Assembly (NCBI RefSeq): GCF_009914755.1
Contig: NC_060929.1
DNA: 64,000 nucleotides
Origin: the human T2T-CHM13v2.0 reference genome, Homo sapiens
Strand: one strand, 5' to 3'
The notes beneath the pieces were generated by a model. The model ran no database searches, was not told the DNA's origin, and worked only from the letters and a program-made list of their open reading frames with translations. Of the stretch, positions 1 through 20,116 are shown one piece after another (the first letter of the stretch is position 1; every line of letters starts with the position of its first letter). A program made the translations under genes and the position numbers.

Positions 1-167
1 GTGGGCTGTCTGTAGCCCCTCGCCGGAAATGGGGCGGCAGAACAAACCCCGGGATTCTCTCCGTCAGCTGGTGAATTCCACAAGGAGGGAAATGCTGCAA
101 GAGAAGGAGAAACTAGTTCATTGTTTTGCCAGATGAAGTGGGAGCCTGAAAGCATCTTTGGGTCTTA

Positions 168-1130
168 TACACACACACACCTCACACATACCACACACAC
201 ACACCACACACACACCAACACACACCAACACACCACCAACACACACACACCCCACATACTACACACACACCACACACACACCAACACACACCACACACAC
301 CACCAACACACACACCCCACACACCAACACACACACCCCACACACCAACACACACACCCCACACACCACACACCACACACACACCAACACACAACCACAC
401 ACACCACCAACACAACCACCAACACACACCACACATACATACCAACACACACCACACACCAACACACACACACCCCACATACCACACACACACCACACAC
501 ACCAACACACACACCACACACACCCCCACCACACACACACCACACACACCTCACACACCACGAACACACACACACCACACACACACCAACACACACACAC
601 CACACACACCCCACACACCAACACACACACCACACACCACATACCACATGCATACCATACACACACTACACACACCACACACACATCACACACCCACACA
701 CCAACATACACTCCACACACACACCCCACAAACACACCACACGCCACACACCAACACACACACCACACACCACACACACACTACACACACCACACACATC
801 ACACACCCACACACCAACATATACCTCACACACACACCACACACACACCACATGCCACACACACACCACACACACACCACAGCAAACACCACACCACACA
901 CACCCCACACACACACCCCCACCACACACACACCACACCACACACCACACCACACACACACCACACACACACCCACACACACCACACACACACTCCTCCA
1001 CACACACACCCCCCCCACACACACCCTACACACTCCCCCCAACACACACCCACCCCCCCCACACCACACTACACACACACCACATCATAAACAAACACCA
1101 CACATACACACACACGCACACACACACACA
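168..1130 (+). repeat. ~960-bp degenerate CA-rich low-complexity repeat (CA/CACAC/CCAACA units)
   Basis: almost only C and A; source of the His/Thr and Val/Cys ORFs. Confidence 0.97.
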
Positions 1131-1276
1131 GAGGCATGTGTCTGCAGAGAACGCGTGTTTCATTTGCACAGCCCACCTCCTCAAAATCGTGTGCTGAAGA
1201 ACATGGGTTTCTGCACGAGCATTCCACCATGTACTGCTAAACCTGCATTTCTTGTGCTGACTTCCTTCTCTTGTTA

Positions 1277-1672
<396 letters not shown>

Positions 1673-1892
1673 TAAGATTAAAAAAAAAAAAGGTGGGGGG
1701 GGCCACTTATGGGTAAAGCAAATAATGAAGGGGCTTTGAAAACTTGGAAAACTGGTTCCTCGATGATGCCTGCTCCCTGTGAGACACACCAACTTAAAGG
1801 AAGAAAGCACGCTGCATGTACCAGGTGCCCACAGGGTGCCAGGTGGTTTTAGTTCTTTTTATTCAGTGAATGGTATTAAGTTCCAAGTGGTT

Positions 1893-2198
1893 GGACTGGG
1901 CATGGTGGCTCATGCCTGTAATCCCAGCAATTTGGGAGGCTAAGGAGGAGGATTTCTTGAGTCTAGGAGTTCAAAACCACCCTGGGCAAAATAGTGAGAC
2001 CTCTTCTCTACAAAAATAAAAAACAAAAAATTAGCCATGCATGGTAGCACACACCTGTAATCCGTGCTACTTGGGAGGCTGAAGCAAGAAGATTGCTTGA
2101 GTTTAGCAGGTCAAGGCTGCAGTGAGCCGTGGCCATGCCACTACACTCCAGCCTGGGTGACAGAGCAAGACCCTGTCTCAAAAAACAAAAACAAACAA
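1893..2198 (+). mobile_element. Alu (J-type)
   Basis: diverged dimeric Alu. Confidence 0.9.
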
Positions 2199-3294
2199 AT
2201 CCCAGTGGTTAATTAACTTGCCCTGAGGTCACACAGCAGTAGAAACCAGAATCAGGTTTTAGCCTGAGTCCACCAGACTTCAGAGTTCAAGCTGCTTCTC
2301 GTGCACCAAGCTGCCTTTATGCAAATAAAATATAAAGAACACTAGAGCCAATGGTATTAGAAAAAGATAATGTGTTCCTGCTAGAGGCTTTGACTTTTAG
2401 GGACGCTTGCTTGGGTCCTCGTGGGGCTGAGTAGCATTCCAGAACCAAAGGATGGGTGTCCATCCAAGTTCTCAATCCATTGGCCCTTGGGCATCTGTAC
2501 TGAGCTGTGGTGCTGAAGCTGACCCAGGCCTCAGAAGAGTGAGGCCTTTCTCTTCTTCCAATACACTCCATTTTACAATTAGGCACTAAACTGCTACAGC
2601 AGCTGCCTGCTGCTCCTAAACTTCATCTACACCATCCAAGGTCCTCATCCACATAGGAGAAAAAAGATAGCAGCCTTCATGTGCCTCTTGACATGTTTCT
2701 CTTCTTTATCCAACAAGAGCAAGTAATCCACAAGCTTCCTTGCTGTCTTCACACTTGAAGAGGGAGGGGAGAGCTTTTGACTTGCTGAATATAAAGAAAA
2801 ACAAAAATGTAAACTATTCTTATTATGGATAATAGTCACCTTGTTGCAAAACTTTAAGGCATTGTTTTGGAAATAGAGCAGTTACTTTCTTGTGGAGAGG
2901 ATGCCTTATGTTTCCACACAAATAAATTATTTGCTTATAGTAGGAGCTTAGGAAGTTTTTATTGAATGAATAAACTCAGAATATACAAGTTAATTTTGAT
3001 ATGCCTGGAAGCAACATATATCAGTACAGATCTCTTGCTCGCTTTTTTTGCTTTTTTCACTCTTGGTTTTTATTAACAAGTAATATATATGTATTGTATC
3101 AAATGTAGACAACCCAAAAAAAAAAAAACAGAGAAGAAGAAGATGATGAAATTCTCATAATACCACCAATAGTACTTACTATCCATTAACTGGAGTGTCC
3201 TTCCAGCTGGGAACATCTGTATGTGTGTGCAACATGTACATACATGTTTTCTGTAAAATGGAGTCAAATACAAGGAAACGGCATATATACCCTG

Positions 3295-3812
<518 letters not shown>

Positions 3813-3944
3813 TTATGGTTATCACAGTTTATTACCTTTAGCTTATTATTACATACGTTATTAATATAGTTATTACATATTACTTTAACCTGCTTTTTCA
3901 CTGAGTAGCATACTGTAAGAATCTTTCCATGTTAGGAAGTACAA

Positions 3945-4265
3945 TTTTTTTTTTTTTTTTTTTGAGACAGGGACTTGCATTTTTGCCCAGGCTGGAATTG
4001 AGTGGTGTAATCATATAGCTCTCTGCAGCCTGAAACCTGAGGCTCAAGTGATCCTCCCATCTTAGCATCCCAAGTAACTGGGACTACAGACACGTGCCAC
4101 CATACATGGCTACTGTTCGTTTGTTTGAGACAGATTTAAACAATTTTTTGTAGAGGCAATCTCTCTCTGTGTTGCTCAGGCTGGTCTCAAACTCCTGCCC
4201 TCAAGCGATCTGCCTACCTAGGACTCCCAAGGTAATGGGATTACAGGCATGAACCACTGCCAGGC
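3945..4265 (-). mobile_element. Alu (J-type)
   Basis: diverged dimeric Alu. Confidence 0.88.
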
Positions 4266-4273
4266 TCAACACC

Positions 4274-4906
4274 TTTTTTTTTTTTTTTTTTTTTTCCCTG
4301 AGACAGAGTCTCGCTCTGTCACCCAGACTGCAGTGCGGTGGTACAATCTTGGCTCACTGCGACCTCCGCCTCCTAGGTTCAAGCTATTCTTCTGCCTCAG
4401 CCTCCTGAGTGGCTGGGACCATAGGCACGTGCCACCGCATCTGGCTAATGTTTATATTTTTAGTAGAGACGGGATTTCACTATGTTAGCCATGCTGGTCT
4501 TTTTTTTTTTTTTTTTTTTTTTTTTTTGTGACGGAGTCTCGCTCTGTCTCCCAGGCTGGAGTGCAGTGGCGCCATCTCAGCTCACTACAAGCTCCGCCTC
4601 CCAGGCTTACGCCATTCTCCTGCCTCAGCCTCCTGAGTAGCAGGGACTACAGGCGCCCGCCACCACGCCCGGCTAATTTTTTTTGTATTTTTTAGTAGAG
4701 ACGGGGTTTCACTGTGTTAGCTAGGATGGTCTCAATCTCCTGACCTCGTGATCCACCCGCTTTGGCCTCCCAAAGTGCTGGGATTACAGGCTTGAGCCAC
4801 CGCGCCCGGCCTGCCATGCTGGTCTTAACCTCTTGGCCTCAACTGATCCACCCGCCACAGCCTCCCAAAGTGCTGGGATTACGGGTATGAGCCACTACAC
4901 CCAGCC
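4274..4906 (-). mobile_element. Alu (S-type) with a nested AluY at ~4500-4811
   Basis: TSD GCCATGCTGGTCTT flanks the inner Alu, which carries Y-type motifs (CAAGCTCCGCC, ACGCCATTCTCC). Confidence 0.92.
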
Positions 4907-5598
4907 CCAGCACCATCTTTAATGGTCGCAGAGTAGTCTATCCTGTATCTGCTATGCCTTTACTTCACAGTTGGGATTTAAAAAAAAAAAAAAACACTCT
5001 TTTCGGTTAATCTAGCAGAAGTAGAATTGACATCACAGAAGAGGACTGAACTCACTTTTTTTTCCCTTTCCTTAGATAAGGCCTAACAATATAGGATTCA
5101 CAATTACTGATTCAAATTATCTTCAGGTACTTTGAAGGTGGAACCAACGTGAAACTAGTAACAAACATCACTGTCGCTAGATGCCAGCTTGCTAATATTC
5201 AGTAACATCCATTGTTTAAGATGGGTTTCATTCATTTATTTTTTGGTCCTCTTTTCTGTTAACCCTCACGCAATGTGATTAAATATGATTAAGACGTTCT
5301 GTGTGTTTCCTTCCTTGTGGAAATGGCCAACGCAAAGGACTGAGAGAACAGGTAGCTCTTCTTGCTCTCTTTCTAGAGCCATGGATTCGCTCTAGAGCCC
5401 CAGCCCCCTCCCTGGCCCCTGGCCCTCATGTGCTGCGGCATTTCCCCGGAGGGCTCTGGCTCCTGTGTGGTCCGCATTTGCAGCAAGGCCTTCATGATCT
5501 CGCCTACGTCTTACAGCCTACTCTAGCCTTACCTGTACATAAGATCAAAGGGCTGTGTGTTGGCGATGCCCCTTCAGAATCTTATCCAAATGGAGTCT

Positions 5599-5725
5599 GG
5601 GCCGGGCGCGGTCCCTCATGCCTGTAATCCCAACACTTCGGGAGGCTGAGATGGGAGGACTACTTGAGGCCAGGAGTTCGAGACCAGCCTGGTCAACATA
5701 GCGAGACCCCATCTCTATAAAATAA

Positions 5726-5756
<31 letters not shown>

Positions 5757-5760
5757 AAAT
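5599..5760 (+). mobile_element. Alu monomer (FLAM-like) with (TAAA)n tail
   Basis: left-arm only. Confidence 0.85.
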
Positions 5761-5864
5761 GGAGCCTTATTCCATGTATTTTTGTTGACCTTTAAAAGTT
5801 GTTCAAGGACTGCCTTCATTGAAAAAGACCTTATCTGACATTTTGATTCAACAATCTAATCTCT

Positions 5865-6172
5865 TTTGTTTCTTTTTTTTTTTTTTTTCTTTTTTTTGGA
5901 GATGGAGTTTTGCTGTTGTTGCCCAGGCTACAGTCTCAGCTCACTGCAACTTCCGCCTTCCGGGTTCGAGGGATTCTTGTGCCTCAGTCCCCCAAGTAGC
6001 TGGGATTACAGTTGCCCGCCCACCACACCTGGCTAATTTTTGTATTTTTAGTAGAGACGGATGGGGTTTCACCATGTTGGCCAGGCTGGTCTTGAACTCC
6101 TGACCTCAGGTGATCCACCCGCCTCGGCCTCCCAAGTGCTAGGATTACAGGCATGAGCCACTGCGCCCAGCC
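5865..6172 (-). mobile_element. Alu (S-type)
   Basis: dimeric Alu. Confidence 0.92.
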
Positions 6173-6651
6173 AGTTGAATCTCTTTCTAATGAGCATATG
6201 CTAGGGAAATGAGCACAGGAGCAGGAAGGAGGAGATCATGGATATGTGAGCTCTGGGCTAGGCCTGGGGACACAGCAGTGAATGGAAATGGTGTTAGGTG
6301 GGAGCAATTCTCAGACACGCAGGGGAGATATACAAGTAGACACACTGCAAGGGGATGAAAGCAGTAGTCGAAGACTTTAGAGAAGAAAGGAGAGGCAAAT
6401 GGAGTGGCTCCTGAGATGACCCAGGTGGGCTTTCGGAAGGAGAGGTGTTCAAGCCTTGCCTGCGTGGGCCTCAGTCGTGAAAGGAAGGGTGGTCCCAGCA
6501 GAGGGAGCTGCTGGCGGAAAAGGCAGTGGGCAAGGAAGAGTCCAAAGGGTTTGGAAGGCAGTATGGCATCAGAGTGGGTTGGTGGGGAGACAGGAGGAGG
6601 GGGATGAGTTTGGAGAGTGGGGCAGAAGCAGCTCTAAAAGATACTGATCTA

Positions 6652-7710
<1,059 letters not shown>

Positions 7711-7927
7711 CAGCTAAGAATCATACATTCTCTGTGGGGAAAAAATGGATTTGGGTTTAAATTGGGTCCACACCCCTGGCCTTTGAGGTAACCTTGCAGA
7801 CACAGAACATTTACTCCATGTAGTCTTTGGTTTGGGAGCATGTAGCTTGACTGTGCCAGGTTGCCTTCAAGAACTGCTTGGTTCTGGGGAGTAATTCATG
7901 GATGGGCCTTTAATTGTGTCCCCATAG

Positions 7928-8080
7928 GAAAACTCCGCAGAGGACCTCCTCAGGTTAACATCTAAGAGCTTGCCAGATCTGACCAGCTCGGTAGAAGATG
8001 TGTCCTCCTGGACTGATAACGAAGACCAGGAGGCAGACGGGGAAGAGGACGAAGGAACCAGCTCTTCTGTCCAGAGAGCA
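7928..8080 (+). CDS. PDZD2: PDZD2 internal coding exon, 153 nt, phase 0/0 (ENSAEDLLRLTSKSLPDLTSSVEDVSSWTDNEDQEADGEEDEGTSSSVQRA)
   Basis: cccatag|GAA acceptor and GCA|gtaagt donor; open frame; joins in frame to the next exon; peptide recognised as PDZD2 linker. Confidence 0.92.
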
Positions 8081-8118
8081 GTAAGTGGCTCTGTGCTCCT
8101 GGCTTTCTGTTGGAATTA

Positions 8119-9110
<992 letters not shown>

Positions 9111-9982
9111 ATATAAGGCTCTGTGGTCTCTTCTTTGCGTCCCAAATCTGAAAGATGTGTCATTTTTAGTGTGAACTCTTATTAGCCCTTGTTCCCCATC
9201 TAAACAGCTGTGGGGTGGGTGGGTGCCCTCTCTCTGCCCCTTGGAGCCCCTTCCTCCTTCCCACTCTCCTGAACCTAGGCAGCATAGGTAAGCACTGGAA
9301 AATCAGCTTTGCTTAGAATAAGGCCTTAGAAGATGAAAGATGCATCTCATTTACCACAGTAAGCTATATTTAAAGGGGGAAAAGTTGCTTTTCGTCTTCC
9401 TTTTTGTTCCTGGAAACCTAGGGCTACCAAGCATGGTTGTGCAGGTTGTGGACTGCACAAAGGTGTCACTTGTAAGGGTGTACCATTCACATCATAAACA
9501 TCATAAGCTTTTAGATTTATTATAACCGTTTTCTGAAGGATGGCAGTATAGGGGCTCCCTGTGCTCTGTGCTGGCACGGCAGTTACCCTCTGCTCCTTGT
9601 TTTCCATGGTTACAAGAAGGGAAATGATGTGGCGGTACAACAGCAGACTTCAGCTCCAGCACAGCTCCAGCATTCTGACCTTTCCTTACTGTATATCCTT
9701 CACTAGCAACTCTCCAGCCCAGGGGGTTCCTCATTGCTCTCGTCCCCTCCTGTTCCCACAGTCTAGAGGGCTCATCCCTACTGAGCAGGATCTCATTGCT
9801 CAGCAGTTGTGCCCGGAGACATCTCAGCCAGCTTTCAGTGGAAAGCTAAGTAAGCCCTGGGTCTGCGGCGAGGACAGCCCTGCAGCACGTCTGCATCCCC
9901 TCTGCTGAGCCTCCAAGCCATTGACGGAGCATAACAGCTCTTTGTAGAGAGCTTACAAGCACGCATATTTTTTAAAAAATTA

Positions 9983-10285
<303 letters not shown>

Positions 10286-12176
10286 CAAAAAAATTTCTTC
10301 AGTCATACTCTCCTGCAAAAAAACTGCAAGGAATTATTTAATTCAAACTTCATATACTAAATACTAGTATATGAAGCTCTAATAAATAACCTATTACATA
10401 TATTAAATATATTACATGTTATATAATGTATTTTTATTTAAGTTATTATTTAAACTTACAATTTAAATAAATTTATTATAATTCTAATGACTACATATAA
10501 TTTAAATTATGCATAATTCATATGAGTTTTTCCGAGTATAAAAGTAATGTTTTACTATGTAAATGTTTTTGACCAAAAAAATCCTAGAGACAGGATAAAT
10601 CACCAACAATTCTGTATTCAAAGATAGCCATCTATAACATTTTGCTGTGGCTTTCTAATTTTTTTTCTTTAAGCATATTTGTATTTTTAATTGACCTTAT
10701 ATTAACATGCTTATGAAACGCTATGGTCTTAATGACATAATCATGAATGTATCCCTATGTCATTAAAGGGTCTTCTGAAACATGATTTATAATGGTTAAT
10801 ATTCCTTAACATGAAAGTGCCGTAATTTGTTTCACCAATGTACTTCACATTTTGTATTCAAATTTTTTTAAATGTAATTTCGTATAGAACATCTTTGCTC
10901 CTATATCTCTCTGTGTTATCTTTTTTTTTTTTTTTTTGACATTTCCTTACATGGCTTATAGCAGTAAAATTGCTTAGTCAAAGGTTTTTTTCTGGGGAGA
11001 TTATAGTAATTTACACTTGTAGGATAGGCCAGTTCCCACCATCACCAAAAACATTATCTTTAGAAAAGTTTACCAATTAATCACACATTGTTTTATGAGT
11101 TTATTACTGTAGTTTCTTCAAGGGAATGTCAATGCATTTTGTCATAACACACTAGATTTGGGAAGCTTTGTGTTGCCTTTAAGGGGAAGCTAAGCCTCTC
11201 GGCAGTATTTCACCACCGTTGTACCTGTTGTCCTGGCTCTATTTCTGGGTTTCTCCGTCATGCCACCAGAAGCTCTTAATACACTGATCCTAAGCCCATT
11301 ATCTTCGGTGGAGAAACCAGCACTGATCCTACTTTGACAATTCTCCTTCCCTTGTGCACCAGACGGGACACCACCTCCGCCTCCCTCCCCTTCTGCTCCA
11401 CCCCCATCACAAGGCACTCACGGAGGAGGTGGAACCGGGCTTCATGCCTGGCCATCACCAAAGCCTCAACACCCATCATTTCTCAGCCCTCTCTTGAGTT
11501 CTCGTTGCAGCCCAGGGGAACCAGGCCTGAGACAGAGCCCTGCAGGGGGCAGGAAGTGTGGGCAGCCAGGAGAGGACATTTTCCAGGCTTCACAGTCTAC
11601 CAGGGTCGGCCCTGCTGTGCCTTATAAAGGTGCTGAACTACTGAAAAAATGTTCTTTCTTTTTTAGTTATATGTTCACAATCTATGATTCTTTGTTTCAG
11701 CGTTTTTAAAAATGAAAGGACCACTTAAAGAAATGTGGTACTGTTTTAATCACCTGAGTTACAAAAAGCCTTTTAGTTCACAGATGATGATGATGAAACC
11801 TGCCGCCAAATTCTAGCCAGACATGGACTGTTTTTGCACCTGTATGTCGTCGTGTACTCCGAGCACTTAAGCTGAGCAAATGCAATACAAATGCTGAGGA
11901 TCTGCCATGCGTCCCCTTATGATTTATTTTTAATGGCTACAATAAAGAGCAATGAGATTTTCCTCTCAGAAAGCTCCATCCATGCTTAGAATAAAACCAT
12001 ATGGTGAATATCAAGTTTAAGGAGTAGAAGCCAGTGAAAAAGAGAATGGGAACAGGATGGTGAAACCCCACAATCATTTGCATAATTGTCAGTCATCTCA
12101 GTGGGGTCTGGCTTCAGTGACAGGGCTCGCCGTCTGCCACGACTCACCCCCACTGTCACCACCACCACAAGATTAA

Positions 12177-13144
<968 letters not shown>

Positions 13145-14329
13145 ATGCAGTGACAATATTTTAAATGAGAATCTGGCATGTCGCTTAAATGTTTACGATC
13201 TCCAATAAAATTAGTGGCACATGCATTGTGATTATTGGCTATTCAAAAAAGGTATGTGTCCTTTCTCAAGTGTAAATAATGTCTTTGAAAAAGAAAGAGA
13301 TTTTTCATGAGCAAAATCTATTTTCTAGCCTTCTGAGAGAGAAACTTTAAATTGAAGAGAAGAGGAAGAGTTTCAGTATAATAGGGTGTGAAATGGGTGA
13401 TACTTATTAAGTGATTGGAGCCTGTCTCCCTTTTTATATTTTTAACAAAGAAAAAAAAATGGAAGTAATGGTTGTCTTTGCCAAATCTGCAATTGTAAAG
13501 CTCAGCTCGGAAGAGTTTGTTTAGCACATCAATCAGGAGACCCGTATCCGGCTTCCGTTGCCATCAAGCAAATCAGTTCTAACATTTTTGGAATCACAAG
13601 TTTGGAAAAATCTTGGAGAACTTTTGGGCGATTCAGGTTTTAGAAGGAATAAGGGACCTGTTTCTTACAAGGAAAGAAGAGCAAAGCAGGACCTTCCGAT
13701 TCTGTGAGTCTGATATGGGTGTTTGATTCTTCGTTGGTGGAACTGCCAGGGGTATGGGAGCCTGAAAGCCAGTATCCTCGAGTGTAGAAATGAGGCCTGT
13801 GGAAAGAAAGGAGAGGACCTCTTGTGTTTTATTTGGACTGAATAATTGATCAAATGTCCGCTCTAAATGTTTCCAAATGTGTCCGGGCAGTAAGGACTTC
13901 TGTTACAGCATCTGAATGTATCATTTTTGGTTGATTCGTGGTGTCCTAGATGGGAAACTCTCTCTTGTTTCGGGGTTGACCTGGTTTTTTCTGGCAAATT
14001 GAACTTAGAGTCTAATACAAAGAACAATGAATACCAAGGGTGTAAACCTGTGATTAGCATTAAAACAGAAAGACACGGAGTCTGACTGGAAGGCAGATCT
14101 TCGGAGTAGTACTGTTAATCCTGAAAGACACCAGCATGGAGCTCTGCATCTATGGGGAGTGCATGTTCTTCCCCTGAGGCCTTGAGGATAGAGGGTTACC
14201 ACTTAGGCTGCTTCTATGGGCAGTGTGGGCTGAGCTCACAGTCTCTCTGAGCCCAGGGCAATCACAGCAGCCTCTGCTTATGGATTCCCCACTCTGCCCC
14301 TGGGTCAAGAACAGTCTGCCCTTCTCTTT

Positions 14330-15100
14330 GGACTTCCACTTGCTATTTATGTAACTTCAGGATTCACCTCTTCCAGGAAGTCTTCCCAGAGCCATACATC
14401 CTACCTGCCTGGGCCCCCAGCATGCAGTGTGCCCTATGTTGTCTTCCCTGGCCCTTAATTCAGATCGTAGTGACATTGTTATTCAAGTGACAGCTCATTT
14501 AATGTCATCCTCCATGAGGTGGAGGCTCCATGGGGGCAGGGCCCCTGTCAGGTTTGCTCACTTGCGTCTCCCAGGTCCTCACTGTCACTGTGTGTGTATG
14601 GAGATACATGGATGGTTGGACAGATGTGCAGATGGGGGATGGTTGGTGTACCCTCTCACCATCCCGCAATGCCCCCTGCATACCTCTCGTCGTAAGCTTT
14701 GGTCGCCTTCCACTGTCTTGCCCAGCATACCATGAATTTAAAATGGCCTGGGCCGGGCACAGTGGCTCACACCTGTAACCCCAGCACTTTGGAAGGCCTA
14801 GGCAGGAGGATCACTTGAGGTCAGGAGTTCAAGATCAGCCTGGCCAATACGGCAAAACCCCATCTCTACTAAAAATACAAAAAAATTAGCCAGGTGTGGT
14901 GGCTCACGCCTGTAATCCCATCTATGAGGGAGACTGAGGCACAAGAATCGCTTGAACCCCGGAGGCAGACGTGGCAGTGAGCCGAGATGGGTGCCACTGC
15001 ACTCCAGCCTGAGTGACAGAGCCAGACCCTGTCTCAAAAAAAAAAAAAAATTAGAAAAAAATAGTTTAAAATGGCCTTGGCACATAGTGGACATTTGTTT
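14330..15100. mobile_element. L2 3' remnant interrupted by an Alu
   Basis: CACCTCTTCCAGGAAGTCTTCCC; GGAGGCTCCATGGGGGCAGGG; CCTTGGCACATAGTGG. Confidence 0.5.
14750..15052 (+). mobile_element. Alu (S-type)
   Basis: dimeric Alu; TSD TTTAAAATGGCCT. Confidence 0.92.
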
Positions 15101-16735
15101 CTGTCCCCAAATGAGAGAAAGTCTCTCTGCTATGCCCTTCTGGGAATTTCTCTCTGGGATAAGAATATCAGTGATTTAGACATCATTTTTTGAAGTGTAA
15201 CAATGGGAGAACACAGTGTCCCTTCCCTTAAAATAGGATATTTGTGGTAGCATCTCATTAACAGATAAGTAGATTTCTTCCTTTTTGTTTGGTTAAGGTT
15301 AGAAACCTGCAAGCAGCTACAGGGAATTTAGGACTTGGTTTTTTAATGAATCAGCAGCAAAAACAAAGGATTAAACATCCCAGGGGGAGTTGGTGAAGAA
15401 ATAAGTGGGATATAAGTGAAAAGACCAAAAAGGCACCAGGGCAAAGAGCCCAGAACTGTGAGTGTCAGAGATGTGGGTTGTGGTAAACAACCATAAAGTG
15501 TCAGAACTGCAGGGAACCTTGGGGAGTAACTGGTCCCAACCTCGCATTTTATAAGCTGGAGATCTACAATGAGAGGGAAGACCGCAGGGCTCCACTGATA
15601 GCAAACTTGTTCCCCTGGAAAAGTCACATTATAGCTCAAGGCAGCTGTGAGGGGAAAAAAAGAGCCAGGACAAAGAGATGAATGCAGTGCTAGGAGTTCA
15701 CAGACTGTACCGAAATGCAGAAGGATCACTGTTTATGCAAAAGCATGAATGGGCGCAGGGAGCTTCCACACTCCTGCATCCGGCTCATGTGCACTCTGGA
15801 GAGGCCTCCTTGGCAGGTCTGAGTGGAGTAGGGCCCAGGAGTCTGTGTTTCTGGTGATTCTGAAGCTCAGTGAGATTATAAAAAGTGAAAGTGGCAAGGC
15901 TTCTAAGAGTCTCCCAGCTAGGGGCTGGGCGATGCCCAGGGACCTCTGTGTGCACGGCGTTGAGACAAAGGGAGGTTTTAGGCCCCCAACTGTCTCCCTA
16001 TTTTCTGCAGTTCAGGGACAGAGGGAGTGAGGCCAAGGTGTTTGTGGTGCTCGTGGGAAACTTAGAAGCACAGATCCCCCAACCTGCTCCGGATCCTCAT
16101 GAGCACAGACTGGCTTGCACATCATTGTTCTCATTGCCTTCCCAGACACCAGTTCCTGTTATATAGACCAGAGCTGCTGATGCAGAAACTGCCTCATTCT
16201 CGGCACCAACCCGCAGCAGGCGGCCACACATGCCAATCCACAGCTCCCTGAGTTGTGCATTTTCTCCCCACTGTCCCAAACTGAACTTCTCTCTCTCCCC
16301 AACCTCAGCCCGGGACTTCCCAAGTAGGTCTCAGTTCACTTAGACGTTCCTTAAGCAACACTTCAGCTGGCACAGGACGTATAAAAGGTTGCTTGAAACT
16401 CAATGCCTTATGTCGGATTGCCAGAGCAAGATAGGAAAGACGAGACTGCAATGATTGCTGGTCTGAGAAAATAAGATTTACATTTGGGGGTGGTTTTTGT
16501 TTGGTTTGGTTTTATATTTAAGAAGATGAAGTGATTATTTAAGTGGGTGGAGGAAGAAAGGAGATAAGAGTAGTTACTTGGGCGAGATGAATTGCCTGGA
16601 AAACTGCTGAAGTTTGAATCCTGTGGCACACTCTCAGGGGCCTGTTCCAACTGGCTACCTGGCCTTGCTGCATTTTTATCTAAGGAGTTTGCAGTTCTCT
16701 AAGTAAACAGCTCATGTCATTTGCATAGAAAAGCT

Positions 16736-17037
16736 TTTTTTTTTTTTTTTTTTGAGACAGGGTCTCACTCTGTTGCCCAGTCTGGAGTGCAATGGCACAA
16801 TTATGGCTCACTGCAGCCTTGACTTCCTGGGCTCAAGAGATCCTCCCACCTCAGCCTCCTGAGTAGCTAGGATTACAGTTGCATGCCACCATGCCCAGCT
16901 AATTTCTTTGTATATTTTGTAGAGACGGGGTCTCCCTATGTTTTCTAGGCTGGTCTCAAACTCCTGGGCTCAAGCAATCCTCCCGTCTCAGCCTCCCAAA
17001 GTACTGGGATTGCAGGCGTGAGCCACGTTTCCCAGCC
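16736..17037 (-). mobile_element. Alu (J-type)
   Basis: dimeric Alu; TSD AGAAAAGC. Confidence 0.9.
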
Positions 17038-17667
17038 AGAAAAGCAAATATTGTATTTCACATGGATCCTCAAAGAGCAGTGGTCTCCATAATAGAATAG
17101 GCACACCCAGAGGAGAAGCCAGATGATCCCTTGGGGTGTGGAAGGAAAATAGTAGAATGTATGTAGGTCTTACCGTGTTTTAGATTGTTTTGTTTTATGT
17201 CTACGTTAGGCGTGCTTGATGGCTTCTCAGCCTAGAAAGACTGACATCATAGCATGGAGCATTAGGAAATACAGTTAAAAAAATTTCCTTAGTATGCAAT
17301 CAACTTTATTATCGTTCTTTGGATTTGAAAAATTCTTTCAGATTTCAATGAAAATAAAATATGAATCATTGGAGCATATAATAAAGTTTCTTGGCCCTGA
17401 AGTTAATTTCTTTTATGAACATAATATGTAGAAGTCATGTAATGACTTTCTCACGGCAGGTAAGTTTCTTCCTGTCTTTGCGCATTTCATTAGTGTTCCA
17501 AGAAGGCTTCTCACCCCTGTTCCAAATTTTCCTCTTATTTGTACCACTCCTATTTGGTTAATTTCAGTTTATATGTCCTTAAGGGGTTTATGTCTGTGGT
17601 CCACAAGCTGAAATGTAAAGTAGAATATATATATATACACACATATATATATATTTTTTTAATTTAA

Positions 17668-20116
<2,449 letters not shown>

